Shown here: piece after piece, positions 59,969-64,000 of the stretch | How the letters are laid out: the number at the start of each line of letters is the position of its first letter | Position numbering within the stretch: the stretch's first letter is position 1 | From: Candidatus Dormiibacterota bacterium | GTDB taxonomy: Bacteria > Eisenbacteria > RBG-16-71-46 > SZUA-252 | Assembly: GCA_035635575.1 (NCBI GenBank) | Contig: DASQAV010000131.1 | Location: 9,860 to 73,859, forward strand | Reading direction: 5' to 3' | Length of the DNA stretch: 64,000 nucleotides | Made by a program: the position numbers and the translations under genes | The notes under the pieces: model-generated | Seen by the model: the letters and a program-made list of their open reading frames with translations, nothing else | What the model was told of the DNA's origin: nothing | The model's database searches: none

Positions 59969-59983
59969 TGGCACCTCTTTGCT
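59969..59983 (+). promoter_or_regulatory. Sigma54-like promoter element (TGGCAC-n-TTGCT) upstream of the lipoprotein gene
   Basis: Read directly: catgGCAC ctct TTGCt. -24 TGGCAC and -12 TTGC are both present, but the GG…GC spacing is 9 nt rather than the canonical 10. It is located 37 nt upstream of the 60020 start. Confidence 0.25.
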
Positions 59984-60019
59984 AGCGTCCATCGCCACAA
60001 GGGATTATCATTCCGGCCC

Positions 60020-61213
60020 GTGCGTCTGAACCCGATCCTAGGTCTCTTGCTGGTGTGCCTGGTCGCAGCACCCCTCCCGGGGTGCTCGCGCAAGGCGGAA
60101 AAGCTGGTGGGAGCCGGCCGCGTGATCCGCGGCCCCGGGGGCCTTGGAACGACGACGCGCGTCCAGCCCACGCCCGACCGCGATACGTACGTGGAGCCCG
60201 GGACGGCGGACTTCGGCGACCTCCTCATCGTCGGGAGCGACACCCTCTTCACCGCGCGCATCTTGATGGCGGTCGCTTCCTGGAGCGTTCCCAGCGACAC
60301 GCTCCCCGGTTTCTCCCTCGGGCAGGTCTGGCTCGAGGTGCCGCCGGACACCACGTTCTTCGAGGGCGGCAACGTGAATCTCCACCTGACGGGGTCCTCG
60401 TGGGACACGACGTCCGTCGCGTGGCCGGGGCCTGCGCTTTCGACCCTGCTCGGATCCGCCGTCGACGATCGCCTCACGCCGGGTGCGTTCGTCCTTCCCC
60501 TGAATCCCGCCGTGTACGACTCGATGAAGCGCTGGGCGCAGGCTCCGGGCACGGTGCCCGGATTCGCGCTGGAGCGGCCGGGACAGGGATTGCTGGCCTA
60601 CAAGAGCAAGGGATCCCGGTTTCGCGTGGAATACACGCACACCGTCTCGGGGAGCCCAAAGACGGACACGCTCAGCACGACCGTCACGCAGAACTTCTAC
60701 CTGCACTCTCCGATCGCGCCCCCGCCGGCGGGAACCGAATCGGCGCTCATCCTCGGCGGGATCTACAAGGCGGGGCTCGCCCTCCACTTCCCGCTCGATT
60801 CGGTGCCCGCGAAGGTATCGATCGACGAAGCCCTGCTCGTGTTGAAGCAGGTCGTGGGACCGCCCTTCAATCTGGCGAGCTCGGACACGCTCGCAGTCGT
60901 CCAGGTCCGGCGGATCGAGTTGCCCTGGGGCGAGAGCGTCACCGAGAAAGCGCTGCTGGGCGTGGACAACGCCACGACCGCGTCGCGACTCTTGCGCTTG
61001 GCCTATACCGCCGCGGACAGCACGATCCGGATCACCATTCCCGGGCCGCTCATCCGCGAATGGGCCTCGACGTCCTCTTCGAACCAGGGGTTCTTCCTCT
61101 CGCTCGTCCACCGCACGGATCCCAGGCGCAAGTTCCTGATCGGCTCCCGCGAGTCCACGGCTCCTGCCCAGCTTCACGTGACCTACACCGATCTCCCGCC
61201 GGGGAGGTTCTGA
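60020..61213 (+). CDS. Uncharacterised lipoprotein
   Basis: Signal peptide with lipobox LPG|C (MRLNPILGLLLVCLVAAPLPGCS). 397 aa, predicted beta-rich, no recognised motif. Confidence 0.55.
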   Translation: MRLNPILGLLLVCLVAAPLPGCSRKAEKLVGAGRVIRGPGGLGTTTRVQPTPDRDTYVEPGTADFGDLLIVGSDTLFTARILMAVASWSVPSDTLPGFSLGQVWLEVPPDTTFFEGGNVNLHLTGSSWDTTSVAWPGPALSTLLGSAVDDRLTPGAFVLPLNPAVYDSMKRWAQAPGTVPGFALERPGQGLLAYKSKGSRFRVEYTHTVSGSPKTDTLSTTVTQNFYLHSPIAPPPAGTESALILGGIYKAGLALHFPLDSVPAKVSIDEALLVLKQVVGPPFNLASSDTLAVVQVRRIELPWGESVTEKALLGVDNATTASRLLRLAYTAADSTIRITIPGPLIREWASTSSSNQGFFLSLVHRTDPRRKFLIGSRESTAPAQLHVTYTDLPPGRF

Positions 61214-62466
61214 TGCGCCGCCCCGCGTCGGCATTCGCATGGAGGTCCGCGCTCGCCGGCCTCTTCGCGCTCGCCGCACTCGCGGCGCCGGCCGGCGCCA
61301 ATTCGATTCTTTCGGTCGGAGGATTTGGCGAGCCCCAGCTCGAGGAGGCCGCCCGGCTCCGCGCGCTCGGAGGAGCCGGCGCCGCGGAGCACGGACCACG
61401 CGACATCTCGCTCGTCAACCCGGCCTCGCTCTCCGACGTGGATCGGATTCTCCTCCAGATCACCGCACTTCCGGCCGCCCGCCGAATCAGCGCGAGCTCC
61501 GGTATCTCCGAGACCGCGTACGAGACCACATTCCCATCCGCTCGCGGCGTGATCGCCCTGCCGGGAGGAATCGTGATCGCCGGGAGCTACGTCGCGGGTA
61601 CCGACGCCGAGTTCCGCGTGGTCCGCTCGGAGAACCAGGGCGTGCCCTCGACGGTCGAGATCAACGGAACGGGCGGCATGAACTTCCTGCGCGCGAGCGT
61701 GGCGCGGCGCATGGCGCCGCCGCTCAGGATCGGCGTGGACTGGGAGGTGATCTCCGGGAGCTACCGCGAGCTCTGGTTCCGCACCTTCTCCGATCCGGGA
61801 CTCACGCCCGCGCGGGACACGCTGGAGACGAGGTATCCCAAGAAGGCTCGCTGGAGATTCGGAGCGCAATTCGTACACGAAGGCTGGACCCTGGGCGGCG
61901 TCTTCGAGACCTCGCAGAATCTCCCGGTCGAGCAGCGGCAGTCCACCGGCGGGGCCTCCGAGACCGCCGTGGTGGGGCGCCTCAAGTATCCGAGCGGGCT
62001 CGCCCTCGGAATCTCCGCGCCGCTCCGGACGCGTCTGCGCGCCGTGGCCCAGTACCGGCGGCAGAACTGGGCCCGCTCCTCCTTTCCGAGCACGCTCGTG
62101 GATTTCCGGGCGCAGCAGCGCTTCTCGTTAGGCATCGAGCGGACGCGCCCGCCGGAGGGAGCGGGCTCGGGGTCGATCTGGAGCCGGATCCCGCTTCGCG
62201 TCGGAGGGTATTTCCTCCAGTGGCCGGATCTCCTGCCCCGGGCGGGAGCGTCCGACATCTCGGGCGGCACCGTGGCGGTCGATGAGCGCGCGCTCACGTT
62301 CGGCGCCGGAATCGTCACGAAGGATCAGGGAGGCGGGCTGGATCTCTCCCTGGAGCTGGGAACGCGGGGGGACAAGGACGCGCTGGGCGTGACCGAGAAG
62401 TTCGCGCGCCTGGGGATTTCATTCCTCGTGAGCGATGAGACGTGGAGGGGGTCGTTCCACCGCTGA
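61213..62466 (+). CDS. Putative outer-membrane beta-barrel protein
   Basis: ATG overlaps the lipoprotein stop (TGATG). Cleavable signal peptide (…ALAALAAPAGA). Alternating hydrophobic/polar pattern with many G/S/T/R-rich turns, consistent with a porin-like barrel. About 417 aa. Confidence 0.45.
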   Translation: MRRPASAFAWRSALAGLFALAALAAPAGANSILSVGGFGEPQLEEAARLRALGGAGAAEHGPRDISLVNPASLSDVDRILLQITALPAARRISASSGISETAYETTFPSARGVIALPGGIVIAGSYVAGTDAEFRVVRSENQGVPSTVEINGTGGMNFLRASVARRMAPPLRIGVDWEVISGSYRELWFRTFSDPGLTPARDTLETRYPKKARWRFGAQFVHEGWTLGGVFETSQNLPVEQRQSTGGASETAVVGRLKYPSGLALGISAPLRTRLRAVAQYRRQNWARSSFPSTLVDFRAQQRFSLGIERTRPPEGAGSGSIWSRIPLRVGGYFLQWPDLLPRAGASDISGGTVAVDERALTFGAGIVTKDQGGGLDLSLELGTRGDKDALGVTEKFARLGISFLVSDETWRGSFHR

Positions 62467-63941
62467 TCGTGCCGTACGCTCGTCTGCTTCAAGATGTCCT
62501 TCTGGCCATCTATCTCGCCGTGTGGGTGGTCTTCGCCGTCTACGGCATCCATCGCATCCATCTCATCCGGCTCTTCCGCCGCAGGGGCCGCGATCTCTCC
62601 CCTCTTCCTGCGTCGAGATCGGGCGGCTGCCCGCGCGTCACGGTCCAGCTGCCCGTCTACAACGAGCGCTACGTCGTGAACCGCCTGCTGGAGGCGGCCG
62701 CGGCGCTGGACTACCCGCCGGACCGCCTCGAGATCCAGCTCCTGGACGATTCCGTGGACGAGACCCGCGAGATCGCGGCGGCCAAGGTGCGGGAGCTTCG
62801 CGGGCGCGGAATCGACGTGGTCCACATCACGCGCCATCGGCGCGAGGGCTTCAAGGCGGGCGCGCTTCAGCACGGGCTCGAGCGCGCCAAGGGGGAGCTC
62901 CTCGCCGTCTTCGACGCCGACTTCGTGCCGCCCCCCTCGATCCTTCGCCAGATGGTGCCCTACTTCCAGGACCCGCGCGTAGGCGTGGTGCAATCGCGGT
63001 GGCAGTATCTGAATCAGGATTACTCGATTCTCGCGCAGGCGCAGGCGATCTCCCTGGACAGCCACTTCGTCATCGAGCACGCCGCGCGAATGGCGGGGGG
63101 ACGGTTCCTCAACTTCAACGGCACTGCGGGCATCCTACGTAGAGCATGCATCCTGGACGCGGGCGGCTGGCAATCGGACACGCTCACCGAGGACCTGGAC
63201 CTGAGCTATCGCGCGCAGCTCCGTGGATGGCGCTTCGTCTTCGCGCCCCACGTGCTCTGTCCCTCGGAGCTTCCCGTCGAAATGAACGCCTTCAAGGCGC
63301 AGCAGCACCGCTGGGTGAAAGGATCGATCCAGGTGGCGCGGAAGCTCCTGCCTCTCCTCTGGAAGTCGCGCGCGCCATTTCCCGTCAAGCTGGAGTCCAC
63401 GTTCCACCTCACCTACAACGCGGCCTACGTGTTCCTCCTTCTGCTCTCGCTCATCCTCTACCCGGTCGTGCTCGCGCGCTACCGGAGCCACAGCACCCCG
63501 TACATGATCGCGGACACGATCCTGTTCGTGATCGCGACCAGCTCCGTCCTCTTCTACTTCGGATACGCGCAGCGGGAGACGAGGCGCGACTGGCTGAAGC
63601 AGCTCCGCTTCCTGCCGTTCACCATGTCGCTGGGGATGGGGCTCTCGGTCACGAATACGCGCGCCGTTCTGGAGGCTCTGGCCGGCCACCGGAGCCCGTT
63701 CCACCGGACGCCCAAGTTCCGGATCGAGCGGCGGGGAGACCGCTGGCGGGAGAAGCGCTACCGCGCCCCGCTGAACGGGTGGGCGGTGCTCGAGATCGCG
63801 CTGGGGATCTATTTCGCGTGGGCGATGATCGCGCTCGCCCATCGCGGAATGTACGCGCCGCTACCGTTTTTCGTTCTGTATCTCTTCGGCTTTCTCTACG
63901 TGGGGATCCTCTCCCTGGTCCACGCGCGCGTCCGCTCCTGA
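62442..63941 (+). CDS. Processive-type family-2 glycosyltransferase (cellulose-synthase-like polysaccharide synthase with QxxRW)
   Basis: N-terminal TM. GT-A core (VQLPVYNE…LLDDSVDET…DADF…TED). Q-x-x-R-W motif (QQHRWVKG). Four to five C-terminal TM helices. 499 aa. Confidence 0.75.
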   Translation: MEGVVPPLIVPYARLLQDVLLAIYLAVWVVFAVYGIHRIHLIRLFRRRGRDLSPLPASRSGGCPRVTVQLPVYNERYVVNRLLEAAAALDYPPDRLEIQLLDDSVDETREIAAAKVRELRGRGIDVVHITRHRREGFKAGALQHGLERAKGELLAVFDADFVPPPSILRQMVPYFQDPRVGVVQSRWQYLNQDYSILAQAQAISLDSHFVIEHAARMAGGRFLNFNGTAGILRRACILDAGGWQSDTLTEDLDLSYRAQLRGWRFVFAPHVLCPSELPVEMNAFKAQQHRWVKGSIQVARKLLPLLWKSRAPFPVKLESTFHLTYNAAYVFLLLLSLILYPVVLARYRSHSTPYMIADTILFVIATSSVLFYFGYAQRETRRDWLKQLRFLPFTMSLGMGLSVTNTRAVLEALAGHRSPFHRTPKFRIERRGDRWREKRYRAPLNGWAVLEIALGIYFAWAMIALAHRGMYAPLPFFVLYLFGFLYVGILSLVHARVRS

Positions 63942-64000
63942 CGGGGCGCGCCGCGCGAGCACCCGCCGTCCCAGCCGGGCCACGAGAACCGTGATCCACA

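Overview
This 64 kb window looks like a chromosomal segment of a very high-GC (roughly 68-70% by eye) bacterium. It is densely packed and almost entirely protein-coding. Adjacent genes very often have overlapping stop and start codons (ATGA, GTGA, TAGTG), which suggests long, translationally coupled operons. I found no rRNA, tRNA, CRISPR array, transposase, integrase or prophage signature. Annotation is based on recognition of protein family motifs in the supplied translations; no database search was possible.

The window breaks into five blocks:

1. 1-10.1 kb, housekeeping genes: the tail of a threonine aldolase, rsmI, a CDP-alcohol phosphatidyltransferase paired with a myo-inositol-1-phosphate synthase, tmk, a C-terminal processing protease, a tRNA-dihydrouridine synthase, and larB-larC (nickel-pincer cofactor) followed by a fused double ABC ATPase.

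2. 10.2-18.3 kb: a GAF (fRMsr-like) protein, a giant PAS-rich hybrid histidine kinase, a TPR membrane protein, and a 976-aa M28 peptidase-PDZ-beta-propeller fusion.

3. 18.3-25.8 kb: a pyrimidine operon (pyrR-pyrB-pyrC, a TPR lipoprotein, then pyrK-pyrD-pyrF), with a candidate sigma70 promoter and PyrR attenuator leader upstream.

4. 25.8-50.1 kb: a roughly 24 kb Wzx/Wzy-type polysaccharide locus fused directly to pyrF. It carries gmd-rmd, ugd, an RmlC-like cupin, rmlB, two flippases, two O-antigen-polymerase/ligase-like proteins, a Wza-like exporter, a Wzz-like PCP, a further SDR epimerase/dehydratase, six GT4 and one GT2 glycosyltransferases, a methyltransferase and two different priming phosphoglycosyl transferases.

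5. 50.1-64 kb, a regulatory and envelope region: a sigma70 promoter, a GAF-containing sigma54 activator, a methyltransferase, four translationally coupled uncharacterised membrane proteins, a sensor kinase-CheY-REC/HisKA module, and a lipoprotein + outer-membrane beta-barrel + QxxRW GT2 synthase trio preceded by a sigma54-like promoter motif.

The most likely undescribed systems are the four-gene membrane cluster at 52.9-56.5 kb and the synthase-type trio at 60.0-63.9 kb.
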